Assembly (NCBI GenBank): GCA_964016885.1
Contig: OZ024761.1
Span: 3,100,001 to 3,164,000, forward strand
DNA from: Eledone cirrhosa
Taxonomy: Eukaryota
Length of the DNA: 64,000 bases
Direction: 5' to 3'
Shown: positions 1 to 12,335 of the stretch, in pieces
Layout: every line of letters starts with the position of its first letter
How positions within the stretch are numbered: the first letter of the stretch is position 1
Translations under genes and position numbers: made by a program
The notes under the pieces: generated by a model
Seen by the model: only the letters and a program-made list of their open reading frames with translations
What the model was told of the DNA's origin: nothing
Database searches by the model: none

Positions 1-7
1 ACTCCAA

Positions 8-2084
8 GTGCACCTGGAGAACGGTCAGAGAGTATATTTTACGAATGCATCAGCTGCTCAGTTAGCACAAGAACCAAAGGATACTACTCTTACCGCTTTC
101 TTTAAACTATGTCAAGAAGATCCATTTGCTAAAACCTTACTATATCCACAAGTCCCATCTTACTATACCTGGGACAAAAATACATGGAAGCGAAGAAAAA
201 CAGGGCAGTGTGTCGAAGGTTATCCAGGCATCAAGTTCAACGAGTGCTTGGGCAGAGTTTATACTGTGCCCCCAAACCAACACGAGTGCTTCCATCTTCG
301 CATGCTACTACATGAGGTCAGAGGACCTACCTGCTTTGATGATCTCCGAACGTTAGACGGACAAATTCTTCCAACATACACAAAGGCATGTTTGACGTGT
401 GGATTGCTGGAAGATGGTTCGCAGTGGGATGCAACGATGGCGGAAGTTGCTCTTTCACATTCACCTGCCAGCCTAAGAAATTTATTTGCGGTACTTTTGC
501 ACTCGTGCAACTTATCTGATCCTCTGTTCTTGTGAATGAAATATAGGGATGAACTACCAGACGACTACAGACACCAAGCACAATTGCTGCTTTCAGAAAT
601 AGAGGTCGGCTTTAGTAATGAATTATACAACAGAGCTCTTGTTGATATTGAGGACAAGTTAGCTCTGATTGGAGGAAAGGTTTTACGTGACTACGGTTTA
701 CCAGAAACTCATCGCACGGACTCAAACAAACTTCCCACAGATATCATACAGGAGACTTCTTATGACATCCATGATCTCGGCCTCTACGTCACAGATAATG
801 AGCCAACGTTTCTAGCTGAATCGGTATTTCAAAGAAGAGGTGGCATATTTTTCCTTGATGCTCGGGGGGGGGGGGGGCAGGTAAAACTTTCGTTACTAAA
901 CTTCTTCTTGTAAAGGTTAGACAGAATAAGGACATAGCAATAGCAGTTACGTCCTCTGGAATCGCAGCAACTTTGCTCCCTGGTGGAAGGACGGCACATT
1001 CAGTTTTTAAATTGCCCCTTGATTTGGCAAAATTGGAAACTCCTACTTGTCATATCACCAAAGACTCCGAAAGGGCTCATCTGCTGCGAAGGTGTCACCT
1101 TATTGTTTGAGATGAGTGCACAATGGTGCACAAAGGTGCTCTTGAGGCACTAGACAGGTCTTTGCAAGACATACGGGATTGCAGTGATGTTATGGGGGGT
1201 GTCACCCTTCTGTTATCAGGAGACTTCAGACAGACTCTTCCTATAATACCGAAAGGAACAAGAGCAGATTCGGTAAATGCATGTCTTAAATCTTCACCAT
1301 TGTGGCGACAAGTGACATCATTAAGACTAACTACCAACATGCGTGCAAGGTTGCATGGGGACCCTCTGTCATCAACATTTTCTGGAAACATTTTCTGGAG
1401 ACATTCTTACAATAGGAGATGGTAACCTACCTCCGGATACAGATGGAGACATAGCAATTGATCGCATCTGCAATGTAGTTGAAACTGTCGATGATCTGAA
1501 GGCGAGTGTATTCCCGAACTTGCGTGATAACTATACGAGTCTTGATTGGCTATGCGAAAGAGCCATTCTTGCACCCAAAAATATCACGGTTAGCTGTATT
1601 AACGATCGGCTTCTTCAGCTTCTTCCTGGATGTCCACGGATATATAAATCTATTGATACTGTATGTGATCCACAGGATGCGGTCAATTATCCAGTTGAAT
1701 TTCTAAATTCTTTAAATCCTCCTGGTTTACCTCCTAATACATTGGTTCTGAGAGAGGGAACGCCAGTTATTTTGCTGAGATATTATCACTCCTCCAAAAC
1801 TATTCAATGGTACACGCCTTGTGGTTAAAAAACTGTTTCCACTTAGTATTGACGCTACCATTCTATCCGGATGTGGAAAAGGCGAGGATGTGATAATAAC
1901 AAAATTTAGCCTGACTACATCAGGCGTGGATACTCCCTTCTCCTTTCGCCGAACCCAATTTCCCCTTCGTGTTGCCTTTGCGATGTCCATAAACAAGTCG
2001 CAAGGTCAAACTCTGTCCGTCGCTGGAATTCACTTGGATGAACCTTGCTTTTCGCACGGACAATTCTACGTTGCCTGCTTATGA
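8..2084 (+). pseudogene. Helitron RepHel / PIF1-like helicase, with frameshifts and stops
   Basis: HLENGQRVYF, TTLTAFFKLC, FLDAxGG (Walker A region), GRTAHSVFKLP, LLSGDFRQTLP, LRLTTNMR, ERAILAPKN, EFLNSLNPPGLP, QFPLRVAFAMSINKSQGQT, FSHGQFYVA, spread over several frames. Confidence 0.93.
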
Positions 2085-2497
2085 GTTGGCAGTCGAGATA
2101 ATCTCTTTGCGTTTGTTCCGAAGTGCTTTAGTGTTAACAAAAACACTTATCACAGCTCTGCCTTCACTTCACCTTAGTCATTACAAAACATACCAATGAA
2201 TATGTCATGCAGGATATTTTGGATTATAAGTTAAAAATTTAACCATACACAGCAAAGGATGCTCTCAAAGAATAGATTTTCTCTTATTCTACTCTCATTG
2301 TATTTTTGTTTGAATACAACTCTGCTTTCATTACAACTTTTTGTACTTTAGCAAAACTGCCTGTTTTTTTTACAGATTTGCAACGTGTATTGTCTTTAAT
2401 CATTTGTATAACTACATCCTGTTCAGTGTTTTCCTTCATTATCAGCATAGTTTTATGTGTACAAAGATTGCACTAAATATTCGTTTGCATTATTTAT

Positions 2498-2678
2498 AGC
2501 AGTATCGGTAGAGGGTCGGACGCCTTGCTTTGCAGCAAAGAGTTTAGGCCCTTTATGGTCTGAGTTCAAATCGCGCCGAGGTTAACTTTGCCTTTCATCC
2601 TTACAGGATCGATAAAATAAAGTACCAGTAATGCACTGGTTAATTGCTGGCCTTGTGCCACAAGTAGAAACAATTATT
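2498..2678 (+). mobile_element. tRNA-derived SINE with Nin-type domain, inserted in Helitron 3' UTR
   Basis: B-box GAGTTCAAATC followed by AACTTTGCCTTTCATCCTTAC-GGTCGATAAAATAAAGTACCAG. More than 12 related copies in the window. Confidence 0.85.
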
Positions 2679-2918
2679 TATTGAAGACTTCTGCTTATTT
2701 TGACAGGTTGGGGACAAATAATTTTCTTCTTTTACTTCCTAGCTGTATATTCTTAGCATAATTCAAACCACGGGCAACGCCGGGTAAATCTGCTAGTATA
2801 TATAGAATAATCGATATAAATCGCCTTATGTGGTGAGGTTTTTCTAATCATATGCTTGGTCACCGATCTGTCCAGTTTGTCTACCAGCATATCAGGAAAA
2901 AATGATACATTTTCTATA

Positions 2919-2996
2919 TATTTTGTCTGAGGAGAACATGTTTTGCTTTATGTTATACATAGAACTTTACATCTTCGAAATATATATAATCAAATA
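2919..2996 (+). ncRNA. Type I hammerhead ribozyme motif (PLE-type)
   Basis: TATTTTGT-CTGAGGA-[GAACATG...CATCTTC]-GAAA-TATATA-TA-ATCAAATA. Stem I imperfect. Confidence 0.65.
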
Positions 2997-3125
2997 AATA
3001 GAAATAATATAAAGTATATATCTTTTGTTTATTACTATTACTATATATATATATATATGTTCATATAATTATAATTAAATTGCTCTGTACAATACATAGA
3101 GCACTCTTCTTTCTACGAAAATACT

Positions 3126-3168
<43 letters not shown>

Positions 3169-3504
3169 AAATAACGAAACGAAATTAAATTTACACTTTA
3201 ACTTATATATATATATATATATATATAAGAATCTAGTAATAGTTACACTTATATATCGAATTATAAATAAGATAAAGATAACATTGTATATTACCCAATT
3301 ACCAGTAACATAATTAGCTCAATATAAATATCATATATACTACAGAGCAGAAATAAAGAAATAAGACTGGAAGAAACGATCGTAAGTAATTAAATGCCTT
3401 AAACAAAATTTGATTGTTATCTATGTTGTATAGAAGGATATACCCCAGCCAAGTACTTACATTTCTTTCTGGTATATGCTCGGGGTCTACCCCTTGGTCT
3501 CCTG

Positions 3505-4012
3505 CTAGTTGGTTTTTCCCGCTGTAAAAGCATTCCCCCGGACGATGGCCAGTGACACCCGCTGCAACAGCCGTCCAACCTCGCGGGGCTCCCTTCTCAG
3601 ACGGGCCGCCGACGCTCCAATCTTACGGAAGATCTCAGCAGTATGGGGTACAAATACGCCAGAGGTCTCGGCGGTGACCCGTGCGAAGAGGAAGCGGCCG
3701 GACAAACCTCGGTATTGCTAATTTTACGTTCTTCTGCGAGGCGGGCTGCGTGTCTAAGTTGGAGGCGGAGAACGTGTCGTAGCAGGTGGCGTCCCAGATA
3801 AGGGATCTGCTTCCTTCGAATGCGTAGAGAGTGATTCCCCCGGGACACTTGCAATCTCTGCGGTCTAGGCCTGCTGGTTCCAGTTCAGATGGAAAGCAAG
3901 CTGTATCAAGGCTTCTTCTCAATATGTCGTTGAGAGCGACGTATCGGAGGAACCAGCCTGCCCTATGGCGGCAAGACAGAGAGTGCAGGCCGAACTTGTT
4001 TACGATATACAA
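3505..4012 (-). pseudogene. CRE-like non-LTR retrotransposon 3' fragment (Zn knuckle + restriction-like endonuclease)
   Basis: HSLSCR...LNDILRRSL...LEPAGLDRRDCKCPGGIT...LIWDATCYDT, then ETSGVF...LLQRVSLAIVRGNA in a shifted frame. Confidence 0.8.
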
Positions 4013-4259
4013 CTCACTAACACGTACTCAGCCTAAATTATACCAAAATTATGACGAATTTATTTACACATGAATTATTAAGCAGTCTTATCGTAAATTG
4101 ATATGCAAATTTATGGCAGAAAGTTACCATGCTCAATAAATGAATTTCCCTATGGAATTATAAAATTGAAATCACAAATTATGAGATACATTAACTAAAT
4201 TCTATTTATCGCAATATTTTATGTTCATATAAATCAGAAGGATGGTATATATATATATA

Positions 4260-4312
<53 letters not shown>

Positions 4313-4317
<5 letters not shown>

Positions 4318-4520
4318 GGAACCAGTAAGACCCCGACAGCTGAGCTCAAGCCGTTTCGATGGCTAATTCTGGACTAATTCCGTCCAGAATTAGCCGTCGA
4401 AACGGCTTGAGCTCAGCTGTCGGGGTCTTACTGGTTCCTATTACCCACTCTACTACCTCAAGTATTGAGTACTTTGGTGCGTTATGGTCCACCTGGTTCC
4501 TTACCACATTTCCTTCGTTA
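4313..4520. repeat. Short fold-back (palindromic) element in (TA)n; other copies at 6318-6480, 40443-40645 and 58555-58680
   Basis: Near-perfect inverted repeat centred at ~4378 plus a shared tail (AAGTATTGAGTACTTTGGTGCGTTATGGTCCACCTGGTTCCTTAC). All copies are flanked by TA repeats. Confidence 0.85.
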
Positions 4521-4625
4521 TATATATAATATATATATATATATATATGGTACATACTGCCACGATGTAGTCTATTTATATGGCTGAGATTTTGGTCCTC
4601 ATATATCATTGGTTTTATATCATAG

Positions 4626-4629
<4 letters not shown>

Positions 4630-4673
<44 letters not shown>

Positions 4674-5001
4674 TTGCTATAAAATATTAATAGCCACCTC
4701 ATGTAAATAATATATAAGTACATGCATGCGTGGATATATATATATATATATATGTGTGTTATATATATATATGTGTGTGTGTATATATATATATGTGTGT
4801 GTATATATATATATATATATGTGTGTGTGTATATATATATGTGTGTGTGTGTATATTTGTGTGTATATATTTATATATGTGCGTGTATGTATGTATATAT
4901 ATATGTGTGTGTGTGCGTGTGTATATGCGTGTGTGTATATATGTTTGTGTATAGATATGTGTGTGTATAAGTGTGTGTGTGTATATAAATGTGTGTGTGT
5001 A

Positions 5002-5032
<31 letters not shown>

Positions 5033-5330
5033 GTGTGTATATGTGTGTGTGTATATATGTGTGTGTGTGTATATATGTGTGTGTATATATATGTGTGTGT
5101 ATATATATGTGTGTGTATATGTGTATATATGTGTGTGTGTATATATGTGTGTGTGTGTATATATATATGTGTGTGTATATGTGTGTGTGTGTATATATAT
5201 GTGTGTGTGTATATATGTGTGTATATATATGTGTGTGTATATATATGTGTGTGTATATATATGTGTGTGTGTGTATATATATATGTGTGTGTGTGTGTAT
5301 ATATATGTGTGTGTATATATGTGTATATAT
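4630..5330. repeat. Compound (TG)n/(TA)n microsatellite
   Basis: Directly visible dinucleotide tracts. Confidence 0.95.
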
Positions 5331-5535
5331 ACTTCACCTTCAACATTTCAACACCCTTCTTAGAACTGCTGCTGTTCCCAGCCAAGCTGAGTTCTCGAAC
5401 AATCCTGACTTGATGCTGGTTCCTAGCTTCTCCAGCCATCCAACATTTTACAGCTTCTATCGCATCAACCATAATCGGTACCATTTCTACCTGTCTGATA
5501 CTCCACAGCTACCTGTTATTTTTATTATTTAGTGA

Positions 5536-5962
5536 GGGTGGATTGGCAGTATCGGTAGAGGGTCGGATGCCATGCTTTCCAATATAGAGTTACGTCCCTT
5601 TACGGTCTAAGTTCAAATCCCGCCGAGGTTAACTTTGCCTTTCATCCTTACGGGGTCGATAAAATAAAATACCAGTAATGCACTGGGGTAGATTTAATCG
5701 ACTTTCCCCTCCTCCAAAATTGCTGGCCTTGTGCCTATATAAGAAAGCATTATTAATAGGGTGTGGATTGGCAGTAAACGGTAGAGCGTCGAACACGCTT
5801 AGTGGCATAGAGTTACGGCCCTTTACGATCTGAGTTCAAATCCCGCCGAGGTTAACTTTGCCTTTCATCCTTACGGAGTCGTTAAAATAAAGTACCAGTA
5901 ATACACTGGGGTCGATTTAATCACCCCCTCCCCGCTCAAATTGCTGGTTTTCTGCAAAAGTA
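5536..5962 (+). mobile_element. Two tandem Nin-type tRNA-SINEs
   Basis: Each has the head GGATTGGCAGTA..GGTAGAG, the B-box GTTCAAATCCC and the Nin core. Copies start at ~5536 and ~5759. Confidence 0.88.
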
Positions 5963-5974
5963 GTATTTCTACTA

Positions 5975-6135
5975 TAAGCCAGCCCATTTGGGAGGAAGGG
6001 GAAATCGATTAAATCGACCCCAGTATATTACCGGTACTTTATTTTATCGACTCCGTAAGGATGAAAGGCAAAGTTTGAACTCAGACAATAAAGGGCCATA
6101 ACTCTATGCTGCAAAGCATGGTGTGCCAAAAGTAA
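5975..6135 (-). mobile_element. Nin-type SINE fragment, reverse strand
   Basis: GGTACTTTATTTTATCGACTCCGTAAGGATGAAAGGCAAAGTT. Confidence 0.8.
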
Positions 6136-6476
6136 AAATAATTATTATTCATGTTGTTCTTACACTCGTCGTTTGGACCTGATTATTTCTGCTGTACCAC
6201 CGTGGGCAGTATAATGTAATGAAGAAGGAAGAGAATGGGAAGGGGGAGAAGACAGAAGGAGAAGGGGGCAGGAGAAGATAGAAGACACGGCATATATATA
6301 TATAATATATATATATATAACGAAGGAAATGTGGTAAGGAACCAGGTGGACCATAACGCACCAAAGTACTCAATACTTGAGGTAGTAGAGTGGGTAATAG
6401 GAACCAGTAAAACCCCGACAGCTGAGCTCTAGCCGTCGAAACGGCTTGAGCTCAGCTGTCGGGGTCTTACTGGTTC

Positions 6477-6523
<47 letters not shown>

Positions 6524-6529
6524 TATATA

Positions 6530-6600
<71 letters not shown>

Positions 6601-6949
6601 TAGTATACACATGGAAGATATATTTATTCTCGCCATTTTCTATCCCAAACGAGATTATGACTCGTTAAAATAGCCTGTCATCAGTGTAGCGATGAAGTAA
6701 TTACATGCTTTATTTAGAAAGATTTTAAAAGAAACTCTTTCCGCCGTTGACAACCACCTCATATGCCGTTAAACATATTTCAAGCGAGGAACATATATTC
6801 TAATGTAAATTAATAATTCATAAGTCTGTCTCAGAATATATTTAAGCAATGTTTGCCAAATGAGAGATTGCGTAAATTGTATTTCAGTAGATACTACTTC
6901 GTTGTCGGCCGCCATTTTCTTCGTGTTTTTCCTTTGTTGTTGCCCAGAC

Positions 6950-7535
6950 GGGTGGGGTTGGTGTGCCCTTTAGCGGGGTTGGGGTGCCCTTTAGCGGGGT
7001 TGGGGTGGTGTTAGTGTGTGGGAGTGTGGTGTTGATGGTGTGTGGGTGAGGGTTGTGGTGGTGGTGGTGTGTTGGTTGTTGTTGGTGGTGGTGTGTGATG
7101 CGTGGGAGTGTGGTGGTGTGGTGGTGATGATGTGTGGTGGTGTAGTGATGATGTGTGGTGGTGTGTGAGTGTGGTGGTGTGGGAGTGTGATGTGGTGGTG
7201 GTGATGTGTGGTGGTGGTGGTGGTGATGTTGGGGAGTGTGGTGGTGTGGGAGTGCGGTGATGGTGGTGGTGGTAGTGATAGTGATGTGTGGGAGTGTGCT
7301 GGTGTGGGAGTGTGGTGTGATGCGTGGTGGTGTGTGGGAGTGTGGTGTGGTGGCGACGGTGGTGGTGTGTAGGAGTGTGGTGGTGGTGTGGTGATGGTGA
7401 TGTGTGGTGGTGTGTGGGAGTGTGGTGGTGTGGGAATGTGAGAGTGTAGTGGTGGTGGTGATGTGTGGTGGTGTGAGGGAATGTGGTGGTGTGGTGGTGG
7501 TGTGGTGGTGAAGGTGGTGGTGTGTGCTGGTGTTA
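6950..7535. repeat. (GTG/GTGT)-rich low-complexity tract
   Basis: Degenerate GGT/GT repeats that give spurious His/Thr/Pro-rich ORFs. Confidence 0.85.
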
Positions 7536-7680
7536 ATAAGCCACATATATTGCTAACAACTAGAGATAACAAACCCAACACCAACAGGCATCAATAAAAC
7601 CAATCACGTCTCGAAGTTATAAGAAATCGATTTCATAAATAAAACTCTGTAAACTAAACATGGCGGAATTTAGGTATTGT

Positions 7681-7935
7681 CCTCTAATAGGAAGGGTAGC
7701 AGCCTATTTTCCTCCAATAGGAGGTAGCAGCCTATAGACCTCTAATAGGAGGGGTAGCAGCCTATTGATCTGTGTCAATATAATAGGGGCTCTGAAAGAA
7801 AGAAATAGCTTTAAGCGGCAGTGGGGGTGTTAGGGTATGTCTATGTAATAGGGGCTCTGAGAGAAAGAAATAGCTTTAAGCGGCAGTGGGGGTGTTAGGG
7901 TATGTCTATGTAATAGGGGCTCTGAGAGAAAGAAG
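7681..7935. repeat. Local tandem repeats: 3x ~30-bp (CCTCTAATAGGAGGGGTAGCAGCCTAT) and ~2.4x 65-bp
   Basis: TAATAGGGGCTCTGA recurs at 7781, 7846 and 7911. Confidence 0.85.
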
Positions 7936-8341
7936 GGGATATTGCATGGGTGAGTAGCTGGAGGGGTCAGTTGAGTGTAGGTCACGGAAGGTGGGTGATG
8001 GGACATGTGTCGTATAATGACGTATTATCTTCGTTTTTTCCCGTTCTTTGCCAGGAAACGTCTTCACGAACCAAAGTATCGTCTTCCTGTCTTTCTTCGG
8101 TTGAAACGTTTTTTGAAATATTTACTTCTGCGTTCACAGATTGACTTTTTTAGTTATTTTAATATATATCTCTCTCTCTCTCTATATATATATATATAAG
8201 TTTAAGCAAAGAATCGTTGCTTTCACTCTTTGGATTTTAGTCTTCACATTTATTATTATTACTATATATATATAATTATATAAAACTTAAACCGTTAAGG
8301 TCTCATTCCTGGATATGTCAATATTTATAAAACAAACTTTG

Positions 8342-8402
8342 TATTTTATCTGATGAGAGCGTACCAAAGTTTTGGTACCCTTGAAATATATATAATAGAA
8401 TA
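8342..8402 (+). ncRNA. Type I hammerhead ribozyme motif in a PLE-tail family module (~8280-8540)
   Basis: TATTTTAT-CTGATGA-[GAGCGTACCAAA GT TTTGGTACCCTT]-GAAA-TATATA-TA-ATAGAATA. Same family as the modules at 31.0-31.3 kb and 60.0-60.3 kb. Confidence 0.85.
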
Positions 8403-8536
8403 ATATGGTTTTATAAATATAGTTTCCATTTATTAATATCATTGATATTATACTCCAGAAAACCTGTCGAGGGCTTCGAATCAGCTATAAATATATATAT
8501 TTGTTGAATTACCAACAAATTAAATATCCCTCTGCT

Positions 8537-8611
<75 letters not shown>

Positions 8612-8779
8612 AGAGTATTGAAGTTTGCTTGAAGCATTGTGGAACAATAAGTAAATATCTTTAAGTCGTTTGGAAGCCGCGACAATGCAAATGGGTAAAT
8701 CTCCGGGTAACAAGGTCCGGTGGTGGAGAGAGAGATGTAAGTGGGTGTACGTTGAGATGCGTGGTGTGTATAAGATGTG

Positions 8780-8830
8780 TGAGATGTGTAGAATGAAGGG
8801 AAGAGTATAAAGGATAACATAAAAATAACA

Positions 8831-8910
<80 letters not shown>

Positions 8911-9182
8911 GTTTGCTTCAGGCATTGTATATGATGTAGAAAGAGATAGAACGTTAAATAATGTAAACTTGACTGTAGGTAACGACAAAGTAAATTATCC
9001 GAACATTCTCCTCTGAAAGTTCCCTCACTCTGAAGAAGGGAATCTAGTCCCGAAATATTAGGACAGCAGAAACAGCAACAACAAAAAAAAAAAACAACAA
9101 AAATTACCGGGTAACTTACTTTTTCGATACCCTCATCTTACAGTCAATTTTGTATTGTTTAGCCTTCTCTCTCTTTCAACGT

Positions 9183-9213
<31 letters not shown>

Positions 9214-9270
9214 TAGAGAGAGAGAGAAATATTAAAACAATGAAATTATACACAAAACTGTTAATTCGTC
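8780..9270 (+). repeat. ~500-bp composite block duplicated at ~19365-19928
   Basis: Near-identical sequence in both copies, including the (TA)n(GA)n spacers and a degenerate CTGAAGA..GAAATATTA motif. Confidence 0.9.
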
Positions 9271-9744
9271 GTAAAATTATTGATCTATGTAAAGCATATT
9301 ACAAAATATCATAGTAAGGAAAAAAATACATACGTCTTCACTACCCGCCGTCTTCAGAAATAATGAGTTTTGTTTATTGAAGAATACAAAAAAAACATAC
9401 ATATGAATAAGTAAGGTTTTTTAACCAGGTTGAGGTTGACCAATAGCAAGAATGGAAAGGGGCAGTATATATCCTTAAATTTGGTGGTAGTAGATGAATA
9501 AATAGGCCATCATTGGATAAGGTATCAAATGTCTTTTAAGAAAAGAAACGAAAGTTGCTAGTGTAAATTAATTTAGACATATTGTATATAAAAGTGTTGA
9601 TGATCAAAGAAGATTACGGTTGGAGGAGATGGGATGCTGAGATTAGTGCGTTACATCAAGTAGAATAGAATAGAATAATCCTAAAATGTTAGTTATTTCT
9701 TTGTTGTGAGAAATAATTTGTTCTAAAAATATATAATATAATAG

Positions 9745-9962
9745 TTTCTACAATAGGCACAAGTCCAGCAATTATCCCAGTGTATTACTGGTACTTTATT
9801 TTATCGACCCCGTAAGGATGTAAGGCAAATTTAACCTCGGCGGGATTTGAACTCAGAATGGCAAGGACCGTAACTCTATGCGTCAAAGCATGGCGTCCGA
9901 CCCTCTACCGATTGCGTCAAAGCATGGCGTCCGACCCTCTACCGATACTGCTTATCCACCGC
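9745..9962 (-). mobile_element. Nin-type SINE with an internal ~35-bp duplication
   Basis: Reverse Nin core; TGCGTCAAAGCATGGCGTCCGACCCTCTACCGAT occurs twice. Confidence 0.85.
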
Positions 9963-10315
9963 TATAATATATAATATAATATAATATAATAAGTTGAGGA
10001 ATATAAATGAAACCAAATGGAATTGAAATTTAGATATAATATAGATAAAATATTATATAGGTAAGAAGATATTAAGGTTTGCGTAAGTATTGTATTGCGT
10101 TAGAATTATATAGTGTAGGGAATTATATATTCGAATAAGAATCTCCATTAATAATCTGGTTTTTTTTAAATGAGGTTTAAAAGGATATTAGTTTAAAATG
10201 TTGTTAGATTATTGAAAATAATGTAATATATAGTGCTAATTATAGTTAATGACTTAAAACAGTTATAGGGATGAGATATAGGATTAAATCTATGGATTAA
10301 TTCTAGTAGCAGAAA

Positions 10316-10361
<46 letters not shown>

Positions 10362-12035
10362 ACATAGATATACATACGCATATATGTACACATACATACG
10401 TATACGTACACACATATATACACATATACATACATGCACACACACATACACTTACTATATTCATACACACATATACATGTACACTCACACATATCTATAT
10501 ATATAGTCATACATTTATGCATATACATACATATACACACACAGATATACATATTCACACACACACACATATACTCACACATTTGTTCACCTATATCATT
10601 TTCTATATTTGTTTAGTTGTATTTATAATATTTGAATGTCCTTCTAATTTTATGGTTACATACTAAAATTAATTCTTGTCTTTTATTTAATAGAGTGTCC
10701 TTCGATTTAGTAATTTCAAAAATTTCTTGGGAACACAGTCCGCACTCCCTTCTATTGCCCTGATAAGAAATTGCCTTCTTAAGAATCTTCCAAGTTAGGT
10801 TATATTTAATATTCCTCTATTTACAATTATTAACTGCTTCTGTTAAAGAAGTGGTATTAGCTAATTTTGTGTTTCGGAAACTGTGGGTGTGTGCATAAAA
10901 TCTCGATTTAAATGGATTAGAAGTGGATCCAATATAGGATTGATTAGAGTCCTTAGTGGTGATTACACATTTATATACTATATTATTAATTAAGTAATTT
11001 CCATTTAAGGGGCAATTATCTTTTATTCTACAATTACAACCGTTTGCATATAGAGTTTCAGATGTGCTATCTATATTCTCAATAATAGTGTTAGTATTTG
11101 TGTTTACCTTTTTATATGGGAGAGAAGGGTTGACGGTACGGTGGTTGCGGCCCGAATTGTTGCTAGTTGGTGAAATATACTTGATATAGCGTTTATGGAA
11201 TCATGGTTGTTTTGGACGCTATTGGTTAGATTGGGTATGTAAATCTTATTCCCTATTAAGGATGAGGAATATGGTAGTTGGTTGTAGTCTGCTGTATTGT
11301 GCTGGTGAGGTGAGTGAGCGGATGTAGCAGGTGGGTATGCAGTAATATTCTGGTTAGGCGTTGTAGTATTACCATAGTTATCTTGTGTGTGGTATAGATG
11401 GAGCTTTTTTACATTTATAGATGTTATATGCACTTATTTTTTGTTGTATATTGCTCGATGTGGAGTAAGAAAATTTTACTGTATTTCTGTTTAAGATTTG
11501 ATGGTATTTGTAGTTAGGTGGGAAATACTTATCGAGAATTGTAAACAAATTTTTAAGGATTTGGGCCCATAGTTTGCAAGTTGAATGGAGCGTTATACCA
11601 TGTTACATTTCTTTTATGGTTTCTAAAAGGTTTCCTCTTATTATATTGGGTATGTATTGAAGTTTGAGGGTAGATATTGTTATCAGATGAAATTATAATA
11701 TTGTGATTGTTATTATGGGTGTGAACTAATTGTTTAGTAGATTTTTGAATTGTATTAGTTTTTGATTTATTGCTTTTTGTTTGATTTGTAGAGGATATTG
11801 TGAGTTTTTTTAATGGAGCATTATTGATAGGACCTGGAATTTCGGTATCATTCTTGTTATCTACGGTAGTTTGGATATGTTTCTCTAGTTTTTTGGATTG
11901 CAAGGATGTAGTTTGGTTATATTGAAGGTTCGATGAAATAGGTGATTAGGTTTATTGTGAGAATTAAGATATAAGGTGTTATTATTAACTGTTTTTTTAA
12001 GAGTAGTGGAGTTAAGTGTTTTCGTATGGTTTGTA

Positions 12036-12335
12036 GTTAACTTTGCCTTTCATCCTTACGGGGTCGATATAATAAAGTACCAGTAATACACTGGTGTAAT
12101 TGATGACCTTGTGCCTAAAGTAGAAACAATTATTAGGTAAGTTATAGGGTGAATTAGCAGTATCGGTAGAGGGTTGGACGCCATGCTTTCTAGCATAGTT
12201 ACGTCCCTTTAGAGTCTGAGTTCAAATCCCGCCGAGATTAACTTTGCCTTTCATCCTTACGGCGTCGATAAAATAAAGTACCAGTAATGTAGTGGGTAAT
12301 TGTTGGCCTTGTGCCTAAAGTAGAAACAATTATTA
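12036..12335 (+). mobile_element. Two Nin-type SINE copies (one truncated) nested in the PLE
   Basis: Nin core at ~12040 and ~12240, each ending AGTAGAAACAATTATTAGG. Confidence 0.85.

Larger units (their letters stand above)
1..2796 (+). mobile_element. Helitron, 3' part (runs off the left edge), decayed
   Basis: RepHel helicase fragments followed by a 3' UTR. Typical terminus: GC-rich hairpin CCACGGGCAACGCCGGGT (2768-2785), then CTAG (2793-2796) and a T. Confidence 0.9.

Noticed and set aside
6884-7584. His/Thr/Pro-rich ORFs
   Set aside because: Low-complexity GGT/GT tract, open in several frames.
9029-9066. CTGAAGA-AGGGA..TCCC-GAAATATTA (also ~19661) and related motifs at ~19960 (-) and ~34527
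   Set aside because: Resemble HHR remnants but stem I does not pair convincingly, so they are not counted as ribozymes.
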